Shown here one piece after another: positions 26,224 to 34,681 of a DNA stretch of 64,000 nucleotides. How positions within the stretch are numbered: the first letter of the stretch is position 1; every line of letters starts with the position of its first letter. The DNA lies in NCBI GenBank assembly GCA_964534375.1, contig CAZHPN010000007.1:66-64065 (forward strand), in the 5' to 3' direction. The translations under genes were made by a program, and so were the position numbers. The notes beneath the pieces were generated by a model that was not told the DNA's origin, ran no database searches, and saw nothing but the letters and a program-made list of their open reading frames with translations. Source of the DNA: an uncultured bacterium (GTDB taxonomy: Bacteria; Lernaellota; Lernaellaia; Lernaellales; Lernaellaceae).

Positions 26224-27588
26224 TTGACGTTGGCGAAGGCGCTGGCCGCCATCGTCGGCGCCGAAAATGCGCTCGACGACTCGGGTTCGCTGGCGGCCTA
26301 CGCGACGGACCACAAAGAGCGCGGCGTGCCGCCGTTGGTCGCCGTGTTGCCGGCGACGACGGCCGAGGTGCAGGCCATCGTGCGGCTCTGCGCCGCGCAA
26401 GGCGTCGCGCTCATTCCCCGCGGCGCCGGCACGGGCACGGTGGGCGGCGCGGTCCCGGAAGCGGCCGCCGTGGTGCTCGATCTGTCGCGCATGAACCGCA
26501 TTCTTGCGGTGGATGCCGACAACCTGCTCGCCGACGTCGAGGCCGGGGTCGTGACCGGCGACTTTCAGCGGGCAATGGAAAAGCAGGGGTTGTTTTATCC
26601 GCCCGATCCGTCGAGCAGCGACACCAGCACGCTGGGCGGCAACGCGGCGACGAACGCCGGCGGATTGCGGGCGATCAAGTACGGCGTCACCGGCGACTGG
26701 ATCGCCGGATTGCAAATCGTGCTCGCCGACGGCCAGCTCATTCGCGCCGGCACGCGGACCCGCAAGGGCGTGGTCGGGTACGATCTGACGCGGCTGTTCG
26801 TGGGCAGCGAGGGCACGCTCGGCGTGATCGTCGGACTGACGCTGCGGCTCGCCCCCAAACCGGCGACGAAGCGGACTCTGTTGGCCGTATTCGCCGACGT
26901 GCGCCAGGCGGGTGAGGCGGTCCTGGCCGTCTTGCGCGGACCCGTGACGCCGGCGGCAATGGAGTTGATGGACGCGTCGGCGCTGGCGGCCGTCCGCAGC
27001 AAGCTGCCCGCACCGATTCCGCCCGGGCACGCGACGCTGCTGCTCGACGTCGACGGCGACGCGGAATCGACCGCGCGCGAGGCGGCCGCGCTCGCCGAAA
27101 TCCTCGCCGGAACGAAAATGGTCGCACTCCGGCGGTCGGCTTCCGAGGAAGAGGCGAAGGCGCTCTGGGCGGCGCGGCGCGCGATCAGCCAGGCGCTTTA
27201 CGAGATTCGCCCGCAGCGCGCGGCCGACGACGTGGCCGTGCCCATTTCGGCGTTGGTCGAGTTGTTCGAGGGCGTCGAACAAATCGCCAAGAAGGCCGGC
27301 GTGCAACACGCGTGCTTCGGCCACGCGGGCGACGGCAACGTGCACGTCAATCTGCTGTACGATCCGGCCGACGACGACGAATCCGCGCGCGTGAAACGGG
27401 CCCGCGAGGAAGTCTTCCGCTTGACGCTGCGGCTGGGCGGCACGCTCAGCGGCGAGCATGGCGTCGGCGTCGCCAAGCGCGCGTTCGTGCCGTGGGAGCA
27501 GCCGGCGGCGTTGATCGATCTGCAAAAACGGCTGAAACGCGCCTTCGATCCGCTCGATATTCTCAATCCGGGCAAGGTTTTTCCGTGA
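26224..27588 (+). CDS. FAD-linked oxidase, GlcD / D-lactate dehydrogenase-like
   Basis: PRGAGTG, YPPDPSS, TLGGNAATNAGG, GSEGTLG, FGHAGDGNVH, SGEHGVG, DPLDILNPGK. Confidence 0.92.
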   Translation: MTLAKALAAIVGAENALDDSGSLAAYATDHKERGVPPLVAVLPATTAEVQAIVRLCAAQGVALIPRGAGTGTVGGAVPEAAAVVLDLSRMNRILAVDADNLLADVEAGVVTGDFQRAMEKQGLFYPPDPSSSDTSTLGGNAATNAGGLRAIKYGVTGDWIAGLQIVLADGQLIRAGTRTRKGVVGYDLTRLFVGSEGTLGVIVGLTLRLAPKPATKRTLLAVFADVRQAGEAVLAVLRGPVTPAAMELMDASALAAVRSKLPAPIPPGHATLLLDVDGDAESTAREAAALAEILAGTKMVALRRSASEEEAKALWAARRAISQALYEIRPQRAADDVAVPISALVELFEGVEQIAKKAGVQHACFGHAGDGNVHVNLLYDPADDDESARVKRAREEVFRLTLRLGGTLSGEHGVGVAKRAFVPWEQPAALIDLQKRLKRAFDPLDILNPGKVFP

Positions 27589-28826
27589 TTTCGCTCGCGG
27601 CCGAAGCGGCGCGCTGCATGCGTTGCGGCAACTGCCGCGCGGTCTGCCCGGTCTGCGAAATCACGCGGCGCGAGAACGACTCGGCCCGCGGCCGGCTGCT
27701 CCGGATTCGCCACGCCCTTGCCGCCGATCGCTGGGCCGCGCGCGACCGCGAGGCGCTCTCGCGCTGCTTACTGTGCGGCCGCTGCACCGAGGTCTGCCAT
27801 GTTCACGTCGAAACGCCGCGCGCGGTGCAGGCGGCGAAAGCGGCGAGCGGCGCCGCCGCCGGTCTGACCGATTTCGCCGCGGAATACCTGCTCGGCGATG
27901 GCGGGCGCCTCGAAACGGCGACGCGCCGTTGGCGCCGGTTCGCCGCCTGGCTCGGACGCGCGACGCCCGACGACAGCGGCCTGCGGCTGCGGTTTTCCCT
28001 GCCCTACGCGGAGGCAGGCCGCTGGCTGCCCAAGCCGCCGGCAATTTCGTACCTCGAAAAGAACACGGGCCGGGCGGCGCGGGGTCGCGAGAAAATTGCG
28101 ATATTCGCCGGTTGCGGCGCCGGGCGATTGTTCGCCGGCGTCGGCGAAGCGCTCGACCGCGTTCTCGCTAAATACGACCTCGTCGCCGCCGTGCCCGAGC
28201 AATCGTGCTGCGGCCTGCCGGCGTGGGGCATCGGCGCCGACCGCGCCGCGAAGACGGCCGCGGCCAATTGGGTCGAGGCGTTTCGCGCCGAAGAGTACGA
28301 CGCAATTCTGACGCCGTGCGCCTCGTGCGCGGCACATTTGCAGAAAATGGGTAAAGTTTCTCTGACAGGATCAACAGGATCACTGGGCCATGACGAAGAC
28401 GAGGCCACGTTCGCGGCGGATGCGGCGCGGTTGGCCGCGAAAGTCGAAGACGTCTTCGCGTGGCTCGCGCGCCGCGAACCTCAGTTCGATCTCGAGGGCC
28501 AGCGCGTCGCCGTCCACTTGCCCTGCCACGCGCGCCGCGGCGTCCGCGACGGAACTGCGGTGTTGCAAGTCTTGGCGCGAAGCGGCGCCGAAATCGTGCA
28601 ATTGCCGGATGAAATCGACCGGCGCTGTTGCGGCATGGGCGGCAGCTTCGGCGCCCGGCATCCGGACCTCTCGCGCGAAATCGCCCGTCCGAAAATCGAG
28701 GCGATGCTCGCCGCGAAACCGGACGCAATCGTCTCAAATTGCACGGGTTGCCTGGTGCAACTGCGTGATGGCGTCGGCGACAATCTCGGCGTTCCGGTCC
28801 GGCACGCGATCGAATTACTTGGGTAG
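27585..28826 (+). CDS. GlcF-like Fe-S oxidoreductase subunit (2x 4Fe-4S plus 2x CCG domains)
   Basis: GTG overlapping the upstream TGA; CMRCGNCRAVCP, CLLCGRCTEVC, QSCCG, HLPCH, RCCGMGG, NCTGC. Confidence 0.9.
   Translation: MISLAAEAARCMRCGNCRAVCPVCEITRRENDSARGRLLRIRHALAADRWAARDREALSRCLLCGRCTEVCHVHVETPRAVQAAKAASGAAAGLTDFAAEYLLGDGGRLETATRRWRRFAAWLGRATPDDSGLRLRFSLPYAEAGRWLPKPPAISYLEKNTGRAARGREKIAIFAGCGAGRLFAGVGEALDRVLAKYDLVAAVPEQSCCGLPAWGIGADRAAKTAAANWVEAFRAEEYDAILTPCASCAAHLQKMGKVSLTGSTGSLGHDEDEATFAADAARLAAKVEDVFAWLARREPQFDLEGQRVAVHLPCHARRGVRDGTAVLQVLARSGAEIVQLPDEIDRRCCGMGGSFGARHPDLSREIARPKIEAMLAAKPDAIVSNCTGCLVQLRDGVGDNLGVPVRHAIELLG
28363..28381 (-). repeat. Copy of the intergenic GATCCTGTTGATCCTGTCA element inside the GlcF-like CDS
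   Basis: Reverse complement matches 8089-8107 at 18 of 19 nt; encodes LTGSTGS in frame. Confidence 0.75.
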
Positions 28827-28927
28827 ACACGGCGTTTTGGGCTCCGCGGCCTTGTGTGCGTTGCGGATTCGCGGGCGCCGCGGATCCGGAGGCCGGTCTC
28901 CCAGTCCCGCGGCGATGCCGCGCAGTC

Positions 28928-28970
28928 GCGCCACGCTTTGAGCGTGGCGCAGCCTTTCAGCCTCTGAGCT
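28928..28970. repeat. REP-like hairpin plus 8-mer repeat
   Basis: Perfect stem GCGCCACGCT-TTG-AGCGTGGCGC (28928-28950), then CAGCCTTT CAGCCTCT. Confidence 0.75.
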
Positions 28971-28975
28971 TCCCG

Positions 28976-29005
28976 TTGACACACTGCGGCAAGGCGGCTC
29001 ATACT
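28976..29005 (+). promoter_or_regulatory. Putative sigma70 promoter of the MaoC gene
   Basis: TTGACA-18 bp-CATACT; RBS GGAG before ATG 29037. Confidence 0.6.
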
Positions 29006-29036
29006 TCCTGCACAAACCGGCAACGGAGATTACGTC

Positions 29037-29498
29037 ATGGCGCGTGGACTGTACTGGGAAGACTTCGAGGTGGGGATGCAGTTCGTCAGCAAGGGGCGCA
29101 CCGTGACCGAGACGGACGTGGTGAACTTCGCCGGCATTTCCGGCGACCACAATCAGTTGCACACCAACGAGCAGTACGCCAAGACGACGATTTTCGGCCG
29201 GCGGATCGCGCACGGCGTGCTCGGCATCGCGTTCATGACGGGCCTCAATCTCAGCTTGGGCATCACCGAGGAGACGATGCACGCGTTCATCGGGTTGGAA
29301 TGGAATTTCCTGCGGCCGGTGTTCATCGGCGACACGCTGCACCTGGAACTCACGGTCGAGTCGAAGCGACCGACGAAAAAGCCGGATCGCGGCATCGTCA
29401 ACTTCGCGTGCAAGATGGTCAATCAGCACGGCGAGGTCGCGCAGGAAGGCATTCGCAAGCTGCTGATGAAACGCAAACCGAAAGACGAAGCGAAATAG
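29037..29498 (+). CDS. MaoC-like (hot-dog fold) dehydratase
   Basis: WEDFEVG, RTVTETDV..FAGISGDHNQLH, RIAHG, FLRPVFIGDTL. Confidence 0.93.
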   Translation: MARGLYWEDFEVGMQFVSKGRTVTETDVVNFAGISGDHNQLHTNEQYAKTTIFGRRIAHGVLGIAFMTGLNLSLGITEETMHAFIGLEWNFLRPVFIGDTLHLELTVESKRPTKKPDRGIVNFACKMVNQHGEVAQEGIRKLLMKRKPKDEAK

Positions 29499-29522
29499 GT
29501 AGCCGTCTATAGTCGGATGACC

Positions 29523-29557
29523 GAAGCCGGAACCCGAGTCCCGAATCCCGAATCCCG
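29523..29557. repeat. 7-mer tandem array between convergent genes
   Basis: GAAGCCG GAACCCG AGTCCCG AATCCCG AATCCCG. Confidence 0.85.
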
Positions 29558-29559
29558 CG

Positions 29560-29934
29560 TTACTTCAACTTGGCGCGCAGCAGCGACAACAGCGCCGCGG
29601 AATTGACCGGTTTTTGCAGCACGCCCGAGAGGCCGAGTTCGGTCGGGTTGATGTTGGCGCTGAGTTGGTCGCCGACGGAACTGAGCATGAAGACCGGCGC
29701 CTGGTTGTCGAGCATCCGCAACTCGCGGACGAAATTCGTGCCGGCGTCCACTTCTTCCATCATCAAATCGACCAGCAACAGGTCGGGGTTGAGGTCTTTG
29801 TAGGCTTTCAGGCCGTCCTCGGCGCTGTTGGCCTCTTCCATGACGTAACCGTTCGCTTCGAGGATGGTGCGCAGCACGTCGAGCAGATCCTGGTCGTCAT
29901 CGACGCAAAGAATCACATGTTTGCCGTCTCGCAT
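29560..29934 (-). CDS. Single-domain response regulator (CheY-like)
   Basis: ILCVDDD, LLLVDLMM, MLSS, LQKP. Confidence 0.92.
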   Translation of the reverse strand: MRDGKHVILCVDDDQDLLDVLRTILEANGYVMEEANSAEDGLKAYKDLNPDLLLVDLMMEEVDAGTNFVRELRMLDNQAPVFMLSSVGDQLSANINPTELGLSGVLQKPVNSAALLSLLRAKLK

Positions 29935-30008
29935 AACCCCTCCTGCTTTCAGTGGCCGGAATCGTAGCCGCGCTCGCGAACACGGTCAAGGCGCCACCGT
30001 CGAAGGAA

Positions 30009-30168
30009 GGAAAAAGGAAAAAGGAAAAAAAGGAAAGCGGCGGCGCGGGCGTTTGGTGACGGGGTGATCGCCGCCGCACGCACGTTGGCAAGACGCCAGC
30101 TTTCAGCTTCGCAGCGTCACCTGCCTTTCAGCCCCGCGGTCGTGCCGCGCAGCCTCTCAGCCTTTCAG
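30009..30168. repeat. Intergenic (GGAAAAA)3 array and CAGCCT(C/T)T 8-mer array
   Basis: GGAAAAA x3 at 30009-30029; CAGCCTCT CAGCCTTT CAG at 30150-30168, touching the stop of the next gene. Confidence 0.7.
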
Positions 30169-32246
30169 TCTCCGTAGTGCTTCCAGTACCGGCGGCTCGG
30201 GGTCTGGAAATTCAAATCGAGGCGTTCGCCGTTGAAGTTGATGATCGTGTCGTTCGTGCCGTAGGCCTGGGTGGCGTATTTGTTGTCCCAGCGATCGTAC
30301 GGGCCGAGGTCGACGGTTTGGCCGGCGACCGTCATCGGGCCTTCGCGGCCGACGACGACCAGGCCCTGGCTCGGCGAATCGTATTCCACGTCGCTGCCAA
30401 TCGTCACTTTGGCGTTTTCGATGTCGCTGACGAACTGCGAGAACTCGCCGTTAGCCGTGGCGTCGCCGAGCTCGACGATCCAGACGTTTTCTTCGCCGTC
30501 GGCGATCAATTCGTAATCGTTGGCGGTCGACCACGTCGTCGGGTTTTGCGAATAGAGCGCGAGGTACGAATCGCCCTTCTTGCCGATCGTCCAGTTGCCG
30601 GATTGGACGACCTGGTCGAACCCCGACTGCTGGAAATAGGCGTGGGTGTACTTGGTGCACAGGCCGTCGATCAGCGGCAACGTCGGCCGCCAATATTGCA
30701 GGACGCCGACGTTCTTGTAGTACGTGCCGCGCGGCTGCCAGCCGCCGGTCCATTGGCCGTCGTCGCCGGTGGAGAGGCTTGGGTAGGTGGTCGTTACGAA
30801 GGCGTTCTTGTCGATCGTCGCCAGCCAGACGAGCACCTGCGCCGACCAGACCGCCGGTTTGTAATCCTGCGCGCCGGAAAGCTGATAATACGCCGTGCGG
30901 TAGGTGTACGTGCTGGATTCCTCCAACTCCACGCCCTGCGACAGCGGCGCGAGCAAATTCGCCGCGTCTTTCAGCAGCGGGCTGCCGACCAGCGGCTTGA
31001 GGAACGTCAGGCCGCTCCAAAGATAGCCTTTCCACAGGTCGTATTGATTGACGAGGGCGAAAGTGCCTTCGATCACGTCCGGCGCCACGTAGCCCGTGGT
31101 TCCCCACCAGAAAATGACGTCGTTCACCGCCGTGTAGCCGATGCCGTATTTCGGCCCGTTGACGAGATTGACGCTATCGGTCTGCTTGTTTTCGAAACTG
31201 GCCTTCGCGTCGTTGGCGATGTCTTCCATGATCGGCGGCGGCCAATACTTCTTGCTGGTGGCGAGCATCGTGCCCGTGAATTCGGCCGGATTTTGCGACG
31301 CGCACAGGCCGAGCATGATGTGCGCCGCTTCGGTCGTCGAGTCGCTGAGGCCGTTGAGCATGTGATCGGAATAGGTGCGGCCGTGGCTCGTCGCGTAAAG
31401 CCCGTTGTAATAGTTCGAGGCGAAATCGAAATTCAACACGTCAAGCGCCATGTGGGCTTCGAGCGCGATGTCCGGATCCTCCGCAAAGTCGGCAAGGTTG
31501 ACCAGCGCGGGCATATCCTCGTCGAAGTAAACGTTCGAGTGGAATTCAGAGAAGCCGAACAAACCGCGCATGTCGAGCCAGCGTTTTTCGAGCGGTTGCC
31601 CGTGGGCGACGTGCTGCTGGCCGGTCATGCCCGAGTTGGTGAAGATGCTGGTTGGGAAAAGCTGGCCGGCGAGGATTTCCGCTGAGTGGTACAGGTTCTG
31701 ATGATTTTCGGACCACCAGCACAGATCGTCCGGCCCGGTTTCGTCGAGCCAATACTTGAAGCCGAGGACCGTCGTTTCGATCGACTGCCGCAAGGCGGCC
31801 GGCAGCACATGCTTGTCGTTGTCCAGATAGAGGATGCGCAAGAGCGCGGCCATGTCGAAGTCCGACGTGTCCTGCCGCGCGTTAACCTTCGTCAGCGACG
31901 CGTTGATCGCATCTTCGTCGAACGTCGTCTGGCCGGTGGCGACGCGGCAGCATTGCGCGTCGAGCCCGCCGCCCGCGCCCGGCGCGCCGGCCGCGCTGCA
32001 CGCCGCGAGATACGCCGCCTGCCGGCTCAAAAATCCGGCCGTGGGCAGAATTGGGTCGCCGCTGTCGTCGTCGGCGGGCGAAACGTCGTCGTCGGCCGGC
32101 GACGCGTCGTCGTTGTCGTCGTCATCGGGCGTGGCGTCGTCGTCCGCGGCGGTCGATGACGACGACGACGTGCCGCTGCACGTTAAAGCGGCGAACGAGA
32201 AAACAATCACACCCAAGAGTGAGAGCAGGCTACGATGGAAGGGCAT
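30165..32246 (-). CDS. Predicted lipoprotein with Asp-rich linker and large unknown domain (possibly lyase/heparinase-like)
   Basis: Signal peptide ending ALT-C; DDDATPDDDDNDDASPADDDVSPADDD; motifs WWSENHQ, FSEFHSNVY, HGRTY; fold call is weak. Confidence 0.75.
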   Translation of the reverse strand: MPFHRSLLSLLGVIVFSFAALTCSGTSSSSSTAADDDATPDDDDNDDASPADDDVSPADDDSGDPILPTAGFLSRQAAYLAACSAAGAPGAGGGLDAQCCRVATGQTTFDEDAINASLTKVNARQDTSDFDMAALLRILYLDNDKHVLPAALRQSIETTVLGFKYWLDETGPDDLCWWSENHQNLYHSAEILAGQLFPTSIFTNSGMTGQQHVAHGQPLEKRWLDMRGLFGFSEFHSNVYFDEDMPALVNLADFAEDPDIALEAHMALDVLNFDFASNYYNGLYATSHGRTYSDHMLNGLSDSTTEAAHIMLGLCASQNPAEFTGTMLATSKKYWPPPIMEDIANDAKASFENKQTDSVNLVNGPKYGIGYTAVNDVIFWWGTTGYVAPDVIEGTFALVNQYDLWKGYLWSGLTFLKPLVGSPLLKDAANLLAPLSQGVELEESSTYTYRTAYYQLSGAQDYKPAVWSAQVLVWLATIDKNAFVTTTYPSLSTGDDGQWTGGWQPRGTYYKNVGVLQYWRPTLPLIDGLCTKYTHAYFQQSGFDQVVQSGNWTIGKKGDSYLALYSQNPTTWSTANDYELIADGEENVWIVELGDATANGEFSQFVSDIENAKVTIGSDVEYDSPSQGLVVVGREGPMTVAGQTVDLGPYDRWDNKYATQAYGTNDTIINFNGERLDLNFQTPSRRYWKHYGD

Positions 32247-32344
32247 TGGTCATGGTCCTTTCGAGCTATGGCTAGGGGATCATACACGCATCGCCGGCGC
32301 CCGAAAAGACGAAACCTCGTCGCCCAAAGTTCCGGCCACCGGTC

Positions 32345-32363
32345 GATCCTGGCTATCCTGTTA
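32345..32363 (+). repeat. Degenerate copy of the GATCCTGTTGATCCTGTCA element
   Basis: GATCCTGGCTATCCTGTTA, 15 of 19 identical. Confidence 0.5.
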
Positions 32364-32410
32364 AAATGATGCCGCACCCATAGCGTTCGCGGCCTTGCAA
32401 TTTTTGCGAA

Positions 32411-33517
32411 ATGCCGATTTATTCACCCCGGTCGGCGTCTGCGCCGGCGCAATTCGCCACAAATCGCCTGACGAGGGATCCCGTGCAACACGAAATTACG
32501 ACGCCCGGACCGTTGCTGACCGAAGCCGGCGAACTCGCGCAACGCGGCTTCGCCAAACGTCCGCTGCTCGACTACGATCCGCGGCGCATCGGGCCGACAG
32601 CGTTCGCTCCGGTCAATCGCCTGCGGCTGAAGGAATGGGATTACTACGCGGTGACGGCGCAGGATTGGTTTTTCTCGGCGACGGTGGCCGACGTCGGCTA
32701 CCTCGGCATGGCCTTTATCTACTTCATCGACTTTGCGCAGCCGGCGATGCGCGAGGCGACGACGGTCACGCCGCTCGGCTGGCGCGCGCGATTGCCGCGC
32801 AGCAGCCGCGCGGGCGACATCGATTTTCGCTGGCTCGGGGCGCGTTTGCGGTTCGAACGCGGCCCGGAAACGCGCCGGCTGACCGTCGACTGGCCGCGCT
32901 TTCACGAAGATCGGCCGCTGCACGCCGAACTGCTCTTGCACCAGTCCGACGCGATCGAGTCGATCGTCATGGCGACGTCGATGGGGCCGAGGCATTTCTA
33001 TTACAACGAGAAACTCAATTGTCTGCCCGCCGAAGGGTTCGTCGAGATGGCCGACCGGCGGTTGGACGCGCGCAGCGGCGCCGCGCTGGCGAGCCTCGAT
33101 TGGGGCCGCGGCGTCTGGCCGTATCGCACGTTCTGGAATTGGGCCAGCGCCTCCGGCTTCCTCGGCGACGGACGCACGATCGGCCTCAACCTCGGCAAAG
33201 GATTCGGCGACCTCAGCGCCGCCACGGAAAACTGCTTTTTCATCGACGGCAAAACGGACAAACTCGGCGCGGTCGATTTCGCGTACGACCCGGCGAATTT
33301 TCTTCAACCGTGGCGGTTCCGCGATGACGCCGGCCGGCTCGATCTGACGTTCACGCCGTTTTTCGAAAGGCCCTCGAACATCAATTTGTGGGCGTTGAAG
33401 ACGGAAGGCCATCAGATGTTCGGCCGGTACAACGGTCAACTGGTTGGCGCGAACGGCGAAAAATTCGCGATCGACGGACTGATCGGCTGGGCCGAAGAAC
33501 ACCGCGCGCGCTGGTAG
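32411..33517 (+). CDS. DUF2804 family protein
   Basis: KEWDYY, DWGRGVWPYRTFWNWAS, GLNLG.GF, ENCFFIDG, HQMFGRYNG. Confidence 0.8.
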   Translation: MPIYSPRSASAPAQFATNRLTRDPVQHEITTPGPLLTEAGELAQRGFAKRPLLDYDPRRIGPTAFAPVNRLRLKEWDYYAVTAQDWFFSATVADVGYLGMAFIYFIDFAQPAMREATTVTPLGWRARLPRSSRAGDIDFRWLGARLRFERGPETRRLTVDWPRFHEDRPLHAELLLHQSDAIESIVMATSMGPRHFYYNEKLNCLPAEGFVEMADRRLDARSGAALASLDWGRGVWPYRTFWNWASASGFLGDGRTIGLNLGKGFGDLSAATENCFFIDGKTDKLGAVDFAYDPANFLQPWRFRDDAGRLDLTFTPFFERPSNINLWALKTEGHQMFGRYNGQLVGANGEKFAIDGLIGWAEEHRARW

Positions 33518-33551
33518 CCGACAATCGCCGCAGCGAAGGTGGAGCCGTGGC

Positions 33552-34409
33552 CTATGCGCGACTGTGCGGTGTCGCCAGGCGCCGCGCGCCCTCGACGGCG
33601 AGCAGCGCCGTCTTCCGCTCGGCGCCCCAACGATAGTCGCCGACCGCGCCCGTGGCGCGAATAACGCGGTGGCACGGAATCAAATACGCGATTGGGTTCG
33701 CCGCGCATGCCGTGCCGACCGCCCGCACCGCGCCGGGTTGACCGATCGCGGCGGCGAGGTCGCGATACGTCGCGACCCGGCCCTCCGGAATCGCGAGCAA
33801 CGCCTGCCGCACTTTGACCTGAAACGCCGTGCCCCGCGGCGCCAGCGATAACCGGCGCGCGGCCGCGCCGCGCATGCGAGCCGCCGCCTCGCGGGCGTAG
33901 GGCGCCACCAGCGCGCGGTTCTCGCGCAGGCGCGCCTCTGGCCAGCGGTCGCGGAGAAACGCCGCCGGCGCAGCCGCCTCGGCGCCATCGACGAACGCCA
34001 GCGCGCACAAGCCCTTGTCGGTCGCGGCGAACAGCGCTTCGCCGAACGGCGTCGGCAGAATTTTCCAGCCGATGGTCAGACCCGCGCCGCCGGTTTTGAA
34101 TTCGCCGGGCGTCATCGCTTCGAGGCCGAGGAACAAATCGTGCAGCCGCCCCGTGCCAGACAGGCCCAGCGTCAGGCTCGTTTCGAGCAGACTCGTCGAG
34201 TCGGCGAGCAATCGCTTCGCCTGCGCCAGGGTCAGCGCTTGCAGGAAGTCCTTCGGCGTTACGCCGGCCCAGCGGCGAAACAGCCGATGAAAATGAAACT
34301 CGCTCAACCCGAGCCGCCCCGCAATTTCGGCGAGGCGGGGTTGTTCGGCCGCGTGCGCGTCGACAAAGCGAATGGCTTCCGCGACGCGCTGAAAATCACT
34401 GCCCTTCAT
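33552..34409 (-). CDS. Ada-like bifunctional AraC HTH / methylated-DNA-protein-cysteine methyltransferase
   Basis: LSEFHFHRLFRRWAGVTPK, GRLHDLF, GTAFQ, RAVGTACAANP, IPCHRV; no N-terminal Zn-Ada domain. Confidence 0.93.
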   Translation of the reverse strand: MKGSDFQRVAEAIRFVDAHAAEQPRLAEIAGRLGLSEFHFHRLFRRWAGVTPKDFLQALTLAQAKRLLADSTSLLETSLTLGLSGTGRLHDLFLGLEAMTPGEFKTGGAGLTIGWKILPTPFGEALFAATDKGLCALAFVDGAEAAAPAAFLRDRWPEARLRENRALVAPYAREAAARMRGAAARRLSLAPRGTAFQVKVRQALLAIPEGRVATYRDLAAAIGQPGAVRAVGTACAANPIAYLIPCHRVIRATGAVGDYRWGAERKTALLAVEGARRLATPHSRA

Positions 34410-34581
34410 TGTGCGCCTCCGACGTTTTCCAAGTCGATAATGCGCCTTGCGCCCGGCTCCGGCGACCCGATTCTTGCGGCGATTTCGAGGAGCAAAAATG
34501 ACCAGGAACCCGAACCGCGGACCGATCGCCGCACCCTTGACGCACCTTAGCCCGCCGTAGTCTGATAACCGCGGAACCAGT

Positions 34582-34652
34582 GGAATTATGGGGGTAATGG
34601 GAGCGGAAAATTTGCTTGACGGCAGACGCCTCCACGCGACTCCCATAATTCC
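34582..34652. repeat. Inverted repeat built from the TCCCAT(A/G)A 9-mer family
   Basis: GGAATTATGGGGGTAATGGGAG (34582-34603) and CTCCCATAATTCC (34640-34652). Confidence 0.75.
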
Positions 34653-34681
34653 CAATTTTCAACCCAGAAGCGAGAGCGGCG

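Noticed and set aside
34616-34649. TTGACG...CATAAT as the promoter of the FGE gene
   Set aside because: The spacer is 22 bp, too long for sigma70; CATAAT is part of the repeat arm.
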